64,000 nt of DNA from Hemiscyllium ocellatum (Eukaryota). A program made the translations under genes and the position numbers. Below, in pieces: positions 1 through 12,716 of the stretch (position 1 is the first letter of the stretch; every line of letters begins with the position of its first letter). The notes under the pieces are model-generated. The model did no database searches, had not been told where the DNA came from, and saw only the letters and a list, made by a program, of their open reading frames with translations. The stretch spans positions 806,001 through 870,000 of the forward strand of contig NC_083444.1 of the NCBI RefSeq assembly GCF_020745735.1, in the 5' to 3' direction.

Positions 1-200
1 ACATTATCTCATTTACTGGCTCTGTTTCAGTGATGTGGAATTTATGCCTTTTCCATTGATGGTTTCAGTGATGTGGAGTTTACAGCTTAATGGACAAATC
101 CAAACTGTTCAAACATAATGGCCTATTGAGTGGTAGCTTCATTGAGCCATCTCCAGAACCATAACCCATCTCTCCATGAAAACACAAAAAAAAAACCTAC

Positions 201-288
201 GTCACAAATGGTATGAAATTTTCATCATTGTCATCTGTATCGCTGCTCTGAAGACTCCAAGGTGTTTTAAAATACTGACTCATCACAG
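201..288 (-). CDS. Orphan exon-like segment (VMSQYFKTPWSLQSSDTDDNDENFIPFV), gene unknown
   Basis: Pyrimidine tract ttttccacag acceptor at 289-291 and gtaggt donor at 200; 88 nt with one open frame; protein not recognised. Confidence 0.4.
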
Positions 289-435
289 CTGTGGAAAACA
301 GGGAAAGAGAATTTAGGCCAGCAGCACGAAGCACAGACACACAATGAGAGAGGCAGTGGGGACTGAAACAGGGTGACAGTGTGTGTATGTCAGGGCAAAG
401 ACTGAGAATCGAGAGTCTACACACTGAATGAGACA

Positions 436-992
436 GATAGGGAGGGGGTGTAGGGGGTTACAGAGATAGGGAGGGGGTGGAGGGGCTGGAGGGGGTTACA
501 GAGATAGGGAGGGGGTGGAGGGGGTGTAGGGGCTGGAGGGGGTTACAGAGATAGGGAGGGGGTGTAGGGGCTGGTGGGGGTTACAGAGATAGGGAGGGGT
601 GGAGGGGTGTACGGGCTGGAGGGGGTTACAGAGATAGGGAGGGGGTGTAGGGGCTGGAGGGGGTTACAGAGATAGGGAGGGGGTGGAGGGGGTGTAGGGG
701 CTGGAGGGGGTTACAGAGATAGGGAGGGGGTGGAGGGGTGTAGGGGCTGGAGGGGGTTACAGAGATAGGGAGGGGGTGGAGGGGCTGGAGGGGGTTACAG
801 AGATAGGGAGGGGTGGAGGGGGTGTAGGGGCTGGAGGGGGTTACAGAGATAGGGAGGGGGTGTAGGGGCTGGTGGGGGTTACAGAGATAGGGAGGGGTGG
901 AGGGGTGTAGGGGCTGGAGGGGGTTACAGAGATAGGGAGGGGGTGTAGGGGCTGGAGGGGGTTACAGAGATAGGGAGGGGGTGTAGGGGGTG
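436..992 (+). repeat. G-rich ~38-bp minisatellite (gggggttacagagatagggagggggtgtaggggctgga)
   Basis: Visible tandem units; same family inverted at 4682-5372 and 58165-58272. Confidence 0.95.
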
Positions 993-1295
993 GTTAATAT
1001 TTCGGTATTTAATCGGGTTTTTTAGGGTTATTGTTATTTTTTGGGGTTTGATGTTTATTTTGGGGATGTTTTATTGATGATTGGTGGGGGTGGGAGGGGC
1101 TTTATCCGGTTTTGGGGGATTTCAATGGGGGTTTTTTGACGTTTTGTTGTATTTTTAAAGGGTTTTATGGTTAGTTTTTTGGGGAAGTTTTATCGGGTTT
1201 TTCAGGGAATTGTCGGTTTTTTTGCGGGGGATTTATCGTGTTTTTATCCAGTTTTTTGTGGAGTTTATCGGGTTATTTCTCGGGTAATGGTGATG

Positions 1296-1512
1296 GGGGG
1301 GTATTTCCCGGGGTTTGGGGGGGTATTTCTCGGGGTTTGGGGGGGTATTTCCCGGCGTTTGGGGGGGTATTTCCTGGGGTTTGGGGGGGTATTTCCCGGG
1401 GTTTGGGGGTATTTCCCGGGGTTTGGGGGGTATTTCCCGGGGTTTGGGGGTATTTCCCGGGGTTTGGGGGTATTTCCCGGGGTTTGGGGGGTATTTCCCA
1501 GGGTTTGGGGGG
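1296..1512 (+). repeat. ~20-bp repeat ggggtatttcccggggttt running into a gap; probably low-quality sequence
   Basis: Tandem units degrade leftwards into G/T-rich sequence. Confidence 0.7.
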
Positions 1513-2011
1513 NNNNNNNNNNNNNNNNNNNNNNNNNNNNNNNNNNNNNNNNNNNNNNNNNNNNNNNNNNNNNNNNNNNNNNNNNNNNNNNNNNNNNNNN
1601 NNNNNNNNNNNNNNNNNNNNNNNNNNNNNNNNNNNNNNNNNNNNNNNNNNNNNNNNNNNNNNNNNNNNNNNNNNNNNNNNNNNNNNNNNNNNNNNNNNNN
1701 NNNNNNNNNNNNNNNNNNNNNNNNNNNNNNNNNNNNNNNNNNNNNNNNNNNNNNNNNNNNNNNNNNNNNNNNNNNNNNNNNNNNNNNNNNNNNNNNNNNN
1801 NNNNNNNNNNNNNNNNNNNNNNNNNNNNNNNNNNNNNNNNNNNNNNNNNNNNNNNNNNNNNNNNNNNNNNNNNNNNNNNNNNNNNNNNNNNNNNNNNNNN
1901 NNNNNNNNNNNNNNNNNNNNNNNNNNNNNNNNNNNNNNNNNNNNNNNNNNNNNNNNNNNNNNNNNNNNNNNNNNNNNNNNNNNNNNNNNNNNNNNNNNNN
2001 NNNNNNNNNNN
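1513..2011. other. Assembly gap
   Basis: N run. Confidence 1.
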
Positions 2012-2937
2012 CCCAGTGACCTGTAGGACAGGCCTATCCCCTCCCCCACTCCATCCCAGTGACCTGTAGGACAGGCCTATCCCCTCCCCCACTCTCCCCC
2101 AGTGACCTGTAGGACAGGCCTATCCCCTCCCCCACACTCCCCCAGTGACCTGTAGGACAGGCCTATCCCCTCCCCCACTCCATCCCAGTGACCTGTAGGA
2201 CAGGCCTATCCCCTCCCCCACTCTCCCCCAGTGACCTGTAGGACAGGCCTATCCCCTCCCCTACTCCCCCCCAGTGACCTGTAGGACAGGCCTATCCCCT
2301 CCCCCACTCCATCCCAGTGACCTGTAGGACAGGCCTATCCCCTCCCCCACTCCATCCCAGTGACCTGTAGGACAGGCCTATCCCCTCCACTACTCCCCCC
2401 CAGTGACCTGTAGGACAGGCCTATCCCCTCCCCCACTCCGTCCCAGTGACCTGTAGGACAGGCCTATCCCCTTCCCCACTCCGTCCCAGTGACCTGTAGG
2501 ACAGGCCTATCCCCTCCCCCACTCCGTCCCAGTGACCTGTAGGACAGGCCTATCCCCTCCCCCACTCCATCCCAGTGACCTGTAGGACAGGCCTATCCCC
2601 TCCACTACTCCCCCCCAGTGACCTGTAGGACAGGCCTATCCCCTCCCCCACTCCGTCCCAGTGACCTGTAGGACAGGCCTATCCCCTTCCCCACTCCGTC
2701 CCAGTGACCTGTAGGACAGGCCTATCCCCTCCCCCACTCCGTCCCAGTGACCTGTAGGACAGGCCTATCCCCTCCCCCACTCCGTCCCAGTGACCTGTAG
2801 GACAGGCCTATCCCCTCCCCCACTCCGTCCCAGTGACCTGTAGGACAGGCCTATCCCCTCCCCCACTCCGTCCCAGTGACCTGTAGGACAGGCCTATCCC
2901 CTCCCCCACTCCGTCCCAGTGACCTGTAGGACAGGCC
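2012..2937 (+). repeat. ~43-bp minisatellite (cccagtgacctgtaggacaggcctatcccctcccccactccgt), ~21 copies
   Basis: Near-perfect tandem units with internal inverted repeat cctgt-agg-acagg. Confidence 0.95.
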
Positions 2938-3073
2938 TTCATTGCTGCAGTGCTGGGTCCTGAGATATTCCAGGGCGTTTGGTGGAACCCTGGCCATTGA
3001 AGAGTTTCCAGTGGAGTTGCGGGTTTCCTCGCTCGGTACCCCAGCTCCGGAACCTCTCCCTGTCTTGCCTTAC

Positions 3074-3226
3074 CATGCAGTCACCTCGGTCTCAAAGCTA
3101 TGCTTCTTACACACGTGGCAGGCTTTGACCGGGCTCGAGCGGAAGGTGAAGTCTCTGGGAGCACTGCACTCATACACCACCCTGGTGCTGCGTATTCCTA
3201 ACTTCAAGATCATGGCCTTCAGGAAC
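3074..3226 (-). CDS. ZMYND15: ZMYND15 coding exon 3 (FLKAMILKLG...KACHVCKKHSFETEVTA-C), start of the MYND finger
   Basis: cag acceptor, gtaagg donor, 153 nt, phase 2/2; resembles recalled human FTFASLRARTCHVCHRHSFEAKLTPC. Confidence 0.9.
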
Positions 3227-3245
3227 CTGGCAAACACAATACACA

Positions 3246-4289
3246 CAGTGTAGAGGGAGCTTTACTCTGTATCTAACCCCGTGCTGTCGCTGTCCCTGGG
3301 AGTGTTGGAGGGGGGACAGTGTAGAGGGAGCTTTACTCTGTATCTAACCCGTGCTGTCCCTGTCCCTGGAAGTGTTTGATGGGGGACAGTGTAGAGGGAG
3401 CTTTACTCTGTATCTAACCCCGTGCTGTCCCTGTCCTGGGAGTGTTTGATGGGGGGACAGTGTAGAGTGAGCTTTACTCTGTATCTAACCCCGTGCTGTC
3501 CCTGTCCCTGGGAGTGTTTGATGGGGGGACAGTGTAGAGTGAGCTTTACTCTGTATCTAACCCCGTGCTGTCCTGTCCTGGGAGTGTTTGATGGGGGAAC
3601 AGTGTAGAGGGAGCTTTACTCTGTATCTAACCCCATGTTGTCCTTGTCCCTGAGAGTGTTTGTTGGAGGGACAGTGTAGAGTGAGCTTTACTCTGTATCT
3701 AACCCCGTGCTGTCCCTGTCCTGGGAGTGTTTGATGGGGGGACAGTGTAGAGGGAGCTTTACTCTGTATCTAACCCCGTGCTGTCCCTGTCCCTGTCCCT
3801 GGGAGTGTTTGATGGGGGGACAGTGTAGAGTGAGCTTTACTCTGTATCTAACCCGTGCTGTCCCTGTCCTGGGAGTGTTTGATGGGGGAACAGGTAGAGG
3901 GAGCTTTACTCTGTATCTAACCCCATGTTGTCCTTGTCCCTGAGAGTGTTTGTTGGAGGGACAGTGTAGAGTGAGCTTTACTCTGTATCTAACCCCGTGC
4001 TGTCCCTGTCCTGGGAGTGTTTGATGGGGGGACAGTGTAGAGGGAGCTTTACTCTGTATCTAACCCCGTGCTGTCCCTGTCCCTGTCCCTGGGAGTGTTT
4101 GATGGGGGGACAGAGTAGAGGGAGCTTTCCTGTGTATCTAACCCCGTGCTGTCCCTGTCCCTGGGAGTGTTTGAGGGGGGGACAGTGTAGAGGGAGCTTT
4201 ACTCTGTATCTAACCCCGTGCTGTCTCTGTCCTGGGAGTATTTATTGGAGGGACAGTGTAGAGGGAGCTTTCCTCCTGTCCCTGGGAGT
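3246..4289 (+). repeat. ~63-bp dispersed minisatellite family (acagtgtagagggagctttactctgtatctaaccccgtgctgtccctgtcctgggagtgtttgatgggg)
   Basis: About 16 units; also at 22039-22115, 30982-31600 (inverted) and degenerate at ~53690-53850. Confidence 0.95.
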
Positions 4290-4308
4290 GGTGAGTTGTG
4301 GTACCTAC

Positions 4309-4537
4309 CTCTGGATGCCCTCATCTCCGAGGGTGAGCTGTCGCGGACGATGTGCCTCACAGCCGTACATGGGTACAGTGATCCCCTGGCACAGGAGGTC
4401 GTATGCCTTCATGGCCAGCTGTTCGGCTGTGAGGGCATCACCCCTGGTCAGCGTGAAGTCCAGCCCCATGGCGAAGCCGTCCTGGTCGGTCAGCAGGAGG
4501 AGGTAATCGATGTGGATAAAGTGATCGTGCTGCGTGC
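4309..4537 (-). CDS. ZMYND15: ZMYND15 coding exon 2 (TQHDHFIHIDYLLLLTDQDG...HRPRQLTLGDEGIQR)
   Basis: ccaacag acceptor, gtaggt donor, 229 nt, phase 1/2; resembles human LLLVTDEHG...AYALLC...KPRQLTVGD. Confidence 0.9.
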
Positions 4538-4681
4538 CTGTTGGCACAGGGAGATCCCACAGGAGATTGCATAGGCGGGGGAGGGCGGGGGGGGAGGTGT
4601 GGGGGGGGAAAGGGGTGAGTGGGATTGTGGGGGATTGAGGGACAAAGAGAGAATTACAAAGATCACGGTTAAAATCTGTCA

Positions 4682-5372
4682 CCCCCTCCAGCCCCTACAC
4701 CCCCTCCCTACCTCTGTAACCCCCTCCAGCCCCTACACCCCCTCCCTGTCTCTGTAACCCCCTCAGCCCCTACACCTCCTCCCTATCTCTGTAACCCCCC
4801 TCCAGACCCTACACCCCCTCCCTATCTCTGTAACACCCTCCAGACCCTACACCCCCTCCCTATCTCTGTAACCCCCTCCAGCCCCTACACCCCCTCCCTA
4901 TCTCTGTAACACCCTTGAGCCCCTACACCCCCTCCCTATCTCTGTAACCCCCTCGAGCCCGTACACCCCCTCCCTATCTCTGTAACCCCCTCCACTCCCT
5001 CCCTATCTCTGTAACACCCTCCAGACCCTACACCCCCTCCCTATCTCTGTAACCCCCTCCACTCCCTCCCTATCTCTGTAACCCCTCGAGCCTCTACACC
5101 CCCTCCCTATCTCTGTAACCCCCTCCACTCCCTCCCTATCTCTGTAACACCCTCGAGCCCCTACACCCCCTCCCTATCTCTGTAACCCCCTACACTCCCT
5201 CCCTATCTCTGTAACACCCTCGAGCCCCTACACCCCCTCCCTATCTCTGTAACCCCCTACACTCCCTCCCTATCTCTGTAACCCCCTCCAGCCCCTACAC
5301 CTCCTCCCTATCTCAGTAACCCCCTCCAGCCCCTACACCCCCTCCCTATCTCTGTAACCCCCTCCAGCCCCC
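4682..5372 (-). repeat. ~38-bp minisatellite filling most of the first intron within the ZMYND15 coding region
   Basis: Reverse complement of the 436-992 unit. Confidence 0.95.
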
Positions 5373-5423
5373 TCCCCCGCTGCCCCCCAGTGAGTGAGTG
5401 AGTGGGAGCGCAGCGTCACTGAC

Positions 5424-5763
5424 CCATCTCCTCCTCCCCGTCTTCCTCCTCGTCATCCAGGTTAATGAAGCTGATGTATTTGCACAGATCCCTCAGGGTG
5501 AGAACCTCATCGTTGTAGAACCGCTCCAGGATCTGCTGGGCAGGATTCTGCACGCTCAGCGCCATCCCGGAATTCCGGATCACGTGCAGCGTCCAGGCCG
5601 ATGTTCCAGATGGCAGCCTCCGCACAGCAGCCTCCTTCCCCCTCCTCCACACCTCCGTCTCACCAGCTCCCTGCCCCCTCTCCAACACGTACTTCCGGTA
5701 CCAGTGGAACATCAGCTCGGAAAAATCAATCAACTGGTCCCTGTATCCCGTCACAAACTCCAT
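5424..5763 (-). CDS. ZMYND15: ZMYND15 coding exon 1 (MEFVTGYRDQLIDFSELMFHWYRKYV...LRDLCKYISFINLDDEEE)
   Basis: ATG at 5763 preceded by cag and a long pyrimidine tract; gtcagt donor; 340 nt, phase 1; resembles human MEFVSGYRDEFLDFTALLFGWFRKFV. Confidence 0.92.
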
Positions 5764-7497
5764 CTGACCCACCCCGCGAGGGAGGGAGGGAGAGACACAG
5801 AGTGAAAGAGCGGGAGGGACAGAGAGAGGGAGACAGAAAGGGTGGGTGAGGGAGAGACAGAGAGAGACATTGTGAGGGAGTGAGAGGGAGGGAGGGAGGG
5901 AGAGGGACAGTGAGGGAGGGGGAGAGATAGGGAGAAGGAGAGGGAGGGACAGAGAAAGACAGAGTGAGGGAGAAAGAGGGGGAGAGGGAAAGTGAGGGAG
6001 ATGGACAAGGACAGAGAGGGAGAGAGAGAGAGAGAGAGATACAGAGAGCAGATATCAGACAGGGACTACACCATCCCCACCCCCAGCCCCCCGACCCTTG
6101 GTACGTCCCACCCGCAACCCCACCCCTATTTCCCCCACCCAGCTTCCCGACCCTTGGTATGTTCCACCGCCCCCCCCCCCCAGCTCCCACACCCTCGGTA
6201 AGTCCCACCCCGACCCAACCCCCAGTTCCACGGCCCTCAGTACAACCCACCCCCACCCCCCTAGGCTCCCCGACCCTTGGTATGTCCCCCCCACCCCCCA
6301 GACCCTCGGGGCTCTGGCCGTGGTTAACGTGGGGGGGGGGGGCCGTGCCTTCCCTCACCGAGAGGTTGCCAGTTTGGGAGTTGGGGGGAGGGACATGGGT
6401 TTGAAGCCCCCCAGCAGGATGTGCGTTTGTAACCAGGACAGGAAGTGGGCTGTGAGCCCCCAGAACACCCTGAGCCACCCTCAGGGGGGATGGAGGTCTG
6501 CCCCCCGCCGAGGATACACGTGACTCCAGTCCCACCCACAATGAGGTGGGCTCCATTCCTAAAGGGGGCACCGAGAGAGCCAGCCCCATTCAAAGGGGTG
6601 ACCAGGGACAGGGCAACAGCTACTGGCTTTGCCCCCCTTCCCCACCCTGTCATTGCCCCCCTTCCCCCACTCATTGCCCCCCCTTCCCCACCCTGTCATT
6701 GCCCCCCTTCCCCCACTCATTGCCCCCCTTCCCCCACTCATTGCCCCCCCTTCCCCACCCTGTCGTCGAGGGGCTGCAGTACTGTACAGGAAGATCCCAC
6801 GTTAATATAACGATCGAGGGATTGATATTGTTTTGTTTACCCCCCACCCCTCTCTGCCCCAGGACACTGGGGTGGGGGGAACAATCCTCCATACCACCTC
6901 CCCCACCCCTTCATACAAAACCCACCCCAAACCACCCCCCCCCCCCAGAGAGTCACTGCAACACCCTCCCCCTCCCGCTCACCTTCAGTCGCAATTAAAG
7001 ACGGTACGGGTGTGGGGGGGGGGGGGCCAGGTTCAGAAATAAACACCCAAAGATTCCACAAACAGACTCCCCCCCCCGCCCTGCCTCACCCTGCCATGAG
7101 TTGGGGGTGGGGAGGGGAGCCTGGTGAGGTGGAAGGTTCTAGAACTGGCCCCTCCCACACCACATCACAAGGATCACGGGGAGACAGAGTTACACGGAAT
7201 TCAGGTCGAGAGCTGCAGATCCGGGGACTGTGATGCACACCGCAGCCGAATAGCCGACACTGCAGAGGATCAGTGACTTATCGAGGGGAAGTGGGTTGGG
7301 GTGAAATATTCTTGCTGGCAGTTACCCTGGTGGGTGGGCGCTATCCCCCACCCGAGGCAGTATCAGTCCCATCCCCAACCCTCGGTACGTCCCACCATCC
7401 ACCTCCCCCCCCCCCCCCCCCCCCCCCCCCAAGCTCCCCAACCCTCGGTATGTCCCACCCCCCACCCCCACTTCCCCCAGCTCCCCGACCCTCGGTA

Positions 7498-7925
7498 CGG
7501 GGAATGGACTGGGGGGGGAGGGATAGAAATGGGGGAATGGACTGGGGGGAGAGGGATAGGAATGGGGGAATGATCTGGGGGGAGAGGGATAGGAATGGGG
7601 GAATGGACTGGGGTGAGGGGGAGAGGGATAGGAATGGGGGAATGGACTGGGGAGAGGGATAGGAATGGGGGAATGGACTGGGGGAGAGGGATAGGAATGG
7701 GGGAATGGACTGGGGGAGGGGGAGAGGGATAGGAACGGGGGAATGGACTGGGGGAGAGGGATAGGAATGGGGAGAATGGACTGGGGGAGAGGGACAGGAA
7801 TGGGGGAATGGACTGGGAGGAGAGGGATAGGATTGGGGGAATGGACTGGGGGTAGAGGGACAGGAATGGGGAGAATGGACTGGGGGAGAGGGACAGGAAT
7901 GGGGGAATGGACTGGGAGGAGAGAG
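7498..7925 (+). repeat. G-rich ~31-bp minisatellite (ggaatggactggggggagagggataggaatgg)
   Basis: Tandem units. Confidence 0.9.
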
Positions 7926-7934
7926 AACCATAGC

Positions 7935-8412
7935 CCGTGAGCCTGACCTCGGTGGTGGGCAAGTTGTTGGAGGGAATCCAGAGGGACAGGATGTACATGT
8001 ATTTGGAAAGGCAAGGACTGATTCGGGATAGTCAACATGGCTTTATGTGTGGGAAATCATGTCTCACAAACTTGATTGAGTTTTTTGAAGAAGTAACAAA
8101 GAGGATTGATGAGGGCAGAGCGGTAGATGTGATCTATATGGACTTCAGTAAGGCGTTCGAAAAGGCTCCCCATGGGAGACTGGTTAGCAAGGTTAGATCT
8201 CTTGGAATACAGGGAGAACTAGCCATTTGGATACAGAACTGGCTCAAAGGTAGAAGACAGAGGGTGGTGGTGGAGGGTTGTTTTTCAGACTGGAGGCCTG
8301 TGACCAGTGGAGTGCCACAAGGATCGGTGCTGGATCCTCTACTTTTTGTCATTTACATAAATGATTTGGATGTGAGCATAAGAGGTACAGTTAGTAAGTT
8401 TGTAGATGACAC
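7935..8412 (+). mobile_element. CR1 LINE RT fragment, left part, interrupted by the LTR element
   Basis: SLTSVVGK...QHGF...DFSKAF...GVPQGSVL...SKFVDDT. Confidence 0.95.
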
Positions 8413-9032
8413 TGTCACAAAACGTGTCCCTTTTTTTAAACTAAAACCTGTTCCCTGGCCCAAGGAGACTCTGTCCTTGATGTTTCTCAGAGGGACAATA
8501 AACCAGGCCGGGCTCCGATCAGGCTGCTCTGGTACAGAGATGAAAAGGAGTTTGAGAGACCTTTTGTATATATGTAAACAGATGAGACTTCAGGCCAAAG
8601 GGGTCATGTTTTAGAAGTGACCTGTATAACGAGAGGGGAGTGGTCAGCTCTCTCGCTGAGCTGAGCAGTTTTAGTTCAGTGTTGACCTGGTTGGAAGTTT
8701 AACAGGGAGCTGTTTGGAAACTCACTCTCTCTCCTTCCTGCCTTCAACTATAACCTGTAAACACATGTTCCATTGATACTGGGTTTTAACGGGAGTTTGC
8801 TTATTGGGACTGTTGTGTATATTCGGAACAGCATAATTAAGATGAGCTGGATGACGTTGAGTTGTGTTTAATTGGGTAATTTTCTGAAAAATGTTTTTTC
8901 TGCTTTAAAATCTCGTAGTTAACCTCGCTCCCTCACTCTGGGTAATTGTTCCCCTGCACTGACCGAAACAAATTGCCAAGATATGGCCTGGAGCTTAAGG
9001 ATGTTGTGAGTGGTCTGGCCTAGTCCATAACA
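8413..9032 (+). repeat. 5' LTR (TG...CA)
   Basis: tgtcacaaaacg...tccataaca; direct repeat of 12717-13365. Confidence 0.9.
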
Positions 9033-9035
9033 GAC

Positions 9036-9054
9036 TGGGGGCTCTTTGCAGGAT
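9036..9054 (+). promoter_or_regulatory. Primer-binding site, tRNA-Pro-like (tgggggctc...)
   Basis: 3 nt after the LTR; degenerate match to TGGGGGCTCGTCCGGGAT. Confidence 0.7.
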
Positions 9055-9485
9055 TTTAACCAGCAGGTGGTAGGTGCTCGTGTCCTTATTTCGGGTGTTG
9101 GTTTGGTTGGAATAGTAATGGCTCTTTCAGGCGCCAAAAGTTTTCTGGAAGTGGATGTGGTGACTTTTGCAAAAGGTGATTAAGACTTAGCTGCAAGAAT
9201 TAGCAGAGAAGCTGGGATTGGACCTGCCTGCTTCTGTGAGGAAAGGAGAGATCATTACAGCAGTAGCTCAGCATTTAAACTTGCTGGAGAACCATCAGAA
9301 TCTACAGAGATGGCAAAACTTCAATTGTAAATGAAGCAGCTGGAGTTAGAGGCGAGAGATAAGGAAAGGGCAGCAGGAATGAAACCGTTTGACTTACGAT
9401 TAAAAGCAGAAGAGAGGGAAAAGGAGAGAGCTTTTGAACTTCAGAAACTGACACTTAAAAAGCAAAGTCAGCTTAAAAGGCTGGA

Positions 9486-10233
9486 GACAATAGACAATAG
9501 GTGCAGGAGTAGGCCATTCTGTCCTTCGAGCCTGCACCACCATTCAATATGATCATGGCTGATCATCCTTAATCAGTATCCGCTCCCTGCCTTATCTCCA
9601 TAACCCTTGATCCCACTATCCTTGAGAGCTCTATCCAACTCTTTCTTAAATGAATCCAGAGACTGGGCCTCCACTGCCCTCTGGGGCAGAGCATTCCACA
9701 CAGCCCCCACTCTCTGGGTGAAGAAGTTTCTCCCCATCTCTGTCCTAAATGGTCTACCCCACATTTTTAAGCTGTGTCCTCTGGTTCAGCACTCTTCTAT
9801 ATCATTAACATATATTGTAAAAAGCTGCGGTCCCAGCACTGATCCCTGCGGTACCCCACTGGTCACTACCTGCCATTCCAAAAATGGAGCCGTTTATCAC
9901 TACTCTTTTGTTTCCTGTCAGCCAACCAACTTTCAATCCAATCTAGTACTTTGCCCCCAATACCATGCGCCCTAATGTTACTCACTAACCTCCTATGTGG
10001 GACTTTATCAAAGGCTTTCTGAAAGTCCAGGTATACTACATCCACTGGATCTCCCTCGTCCATCTTCAGAGTTACATCCTCAAAAAATTCCAGAAGATTA
10101 GTCAAGCATGATTTCCCCTTCATAAATCCATGCTGGCTCTGTCCTATCCTGTTACTGCTATCCAGATGTGCCGTAATTTCATCCTTTATAATAGACTCCA
10201 GCGTCTTTCCCATCACTGAGGTCAGACTCACTG
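9486..10233 (-). mobile_element. Internally deleted CR1 fragment nested in the Gypsy gag region
   Basis: RT motifs (SLTSVMGK, DFQKAFDKV) and C-terminal FFTQRV...WNALP plus 3' tail. Confidence 0.9.
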
Positions 10234-12716
10234 ACTAAAAATAAACCCTTGAGGGGGTGAAAGAAGTTAAAAAGCTCTAGTGTTTTCATTGTAATAAATT
10301 GGGCCACACAGAATCACAGCGTTGGTGGGCTAGGAAAAAGCCAGACGTAGGAAAACCAGACCAGCCTGGGAGTTTTGTTGGAAAGTAACTAAAAGCACCA
10401 GGGAAGTTAGACAGCTGCCTCCGAGTGTACAAGATGATCAGAGGTTGGTGATGGAGGAAGTGCCAGATCTGCTTAAAAAACTATACATACAAGGGTAAAG
10501 TTTATTCACATAGGCCAGGAGTAGCAGGTAAACAGGTTACAGTATGAAAGGACACAGGATCCTCTCAGTCTGTGATGCTGAAGGATGATGAGATGTGTAC
10601 TCCTGAGGGACTATTGCCAGAAAAGGTCCTGGGAACAGGACTTCATGGTGAGAAACGAACGCTCAATTATGTAAAGTGAGGTTAGAGAGTCCGGAGAAGA
10701 GTGGAGAATTTGTGGTAGGAGCACTGGACACACTCTCAGCTGCAGGAATACAATTTGTCCTTGCAAATGATGTAGCTGGTTCCCCGGTAGGTGTGCTGCC
10801 TACTCTAGTTGAAAAGCCAGTGGAGACGCAGACAACTGAAGAAATGAAGGTGCCTATTCAGGAACTTTCCCAGATTGTGTGATCACAGAGGCACAGGCTG
10901 AAGCAGGAGAGATCAAACAGCACAGATAAGGAAGCTGGCATAGCTTTATCTGAGAGCTTTTTGATCAGATTAAGTGGGGCAGGGCAGGAGCAAGTAGATA
11001 AACAGGCAAGTATCTTTCACCCTGCTAAGCTGATTGAGTTACACCAGAAAGATAAGACCTTAAAACAGTTGTGTCAAAAGGCATATACAGGGAAGGAGAG
11101 TGAATGCACCCCTGTGTGTTATTACTTAACAAACAATGTATTAATGAGAAAATGGAGACCATCACACATTCAAAGAGACGAGAAATGGGCAGAGATTCAT
11201 CAAATTGTTTTGCCAGTCGGGTATAGAAAGGAGGTGCTGCGAGCGGCACATGAACTTTCACGTGGAGGTCATTTAGGGGTGAGGAAAACACAGACATTTT
11301 TACTGGCCTGGACTACACAAGGATGTTGGTGAATTTTGTCAGACGTGTCATACATGTCAGCTAATGGGAAAACCCCAGGCAGTAATAAATCCTGCACCTT
11401 TAACACCTATTCCAGCATTTGAGGAACTTTTCACAAGAGTCTTGATTGACTGCGTAGGTCCCCTACCTCAAACAAGAAGTGGGAATAAGTATTTATTAAC
11501 AATAATGGATGTGCCGACTAGATTTCCAGATAACGCAACATCACAGCTATAAGGGCTGTAGAAGAATCACCTAAAGTTTTGACTAGATACGGACTACCAA
11601 GAGAGTTCCAGTCAAATCAAGGATCAAACTTCACATCCAAACTATTCGAGGTGATTATGGATAACCTGGGAATAAAGCAATTCAAGTCTACTTCATACTA
11701 TCCTGAATCGCAGGGAGCACTACAGAGATGGCATCAAACATTAAAGAGCATGTTGAGGGTTTATGGTCAGGATTATCCAGATGATTGGGATAAGGGAGTT
11801 CCATTTGTACTTTTTATGATCAGAGACACACCAAATGAATCAACCAAATTCAGTCCATTTGAATTAATTTTTGGGCATGATGTAAGAGGGCCATTAAAAT
11901 TGATTAAGGAGAAATTAATAAGTCAGAATTCAGAGACCACCATTTGGAGTATGTGTCAAGTTTTAGAGAATGATTAAGTAGACCTGGAGATTTAGCTAGA
12001 CAGCATTTAAAAGTATCACCGCATACAAGAAACAGGAAGTGGATAAGAAATCAGAAATTCACAATTTTGCAATTGTTAAAAAAAGACAAGAAGGTTCAGT
12101 GCACAGTCAAAGGCATTTGACAGCCTAAAAACTGTTCACCACTGCCCCAGTATTAGCCACCCCGGATTATACAAAGCCTTTCAAGGGGGCTATCGAGGCC
12201 AGCGGTGTGGGTGTTGGTGCGGTACTCCTGCAGGAGGATGACGAGGGAATAGAAAGACTCACTGTGCATTTTCCCAGAAAGTTGAATGTTCTTCAACAGA
12301 AATATTTAACGGTGGAGAAAGAGACTTTAAGCTTGGTGTTGGCATTACAACATTACAGTGTTTATATTTCCAGCAATGCATCGGAGACAATGGTATACAC
12401 TGATCATAACCCGCTGACATTTGTGGAAAAATTTCAGGACAAAAATGCCAGTCTGTTTAGGTTGAGCCATTCACTTTGACAATTGTGGATGTGGCAGGTC
12501 ATGACAATATGATTATCGATGTGTTATCGAGGCATGAATGATTATACAGAGGTGCTCGGTGGTGGGTGGGCACAGCCTGAATTTGCATGTGGTTACACAT
12601 GTTTGCATGTTTACAGTTAGTACAGTGTAACTGTGTGTATAGACTATAAATGGGGTTTGAAGGGTTAGAAATGAAGCCATCTTTTGGTACTGACAGTTTA
12701 TTTTTTCAGGGGGAGG

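Noticed and set aside
1167-2092. ORFs spanning N runs (also 41174-42283 and 42727-43533)
   Set aside because: Assembly-gap artefacts
3070-3074. Apparent stop (W*) ending ZMYND15 early
   Set aside because: TG|GTAAG is a phase-2 donor within the expected Cys codon
7937-8614. 225-aa RT ORF as an intact or domesticated gene
   Set aside because: Chance read-through from a CR1 fragment into the LTR
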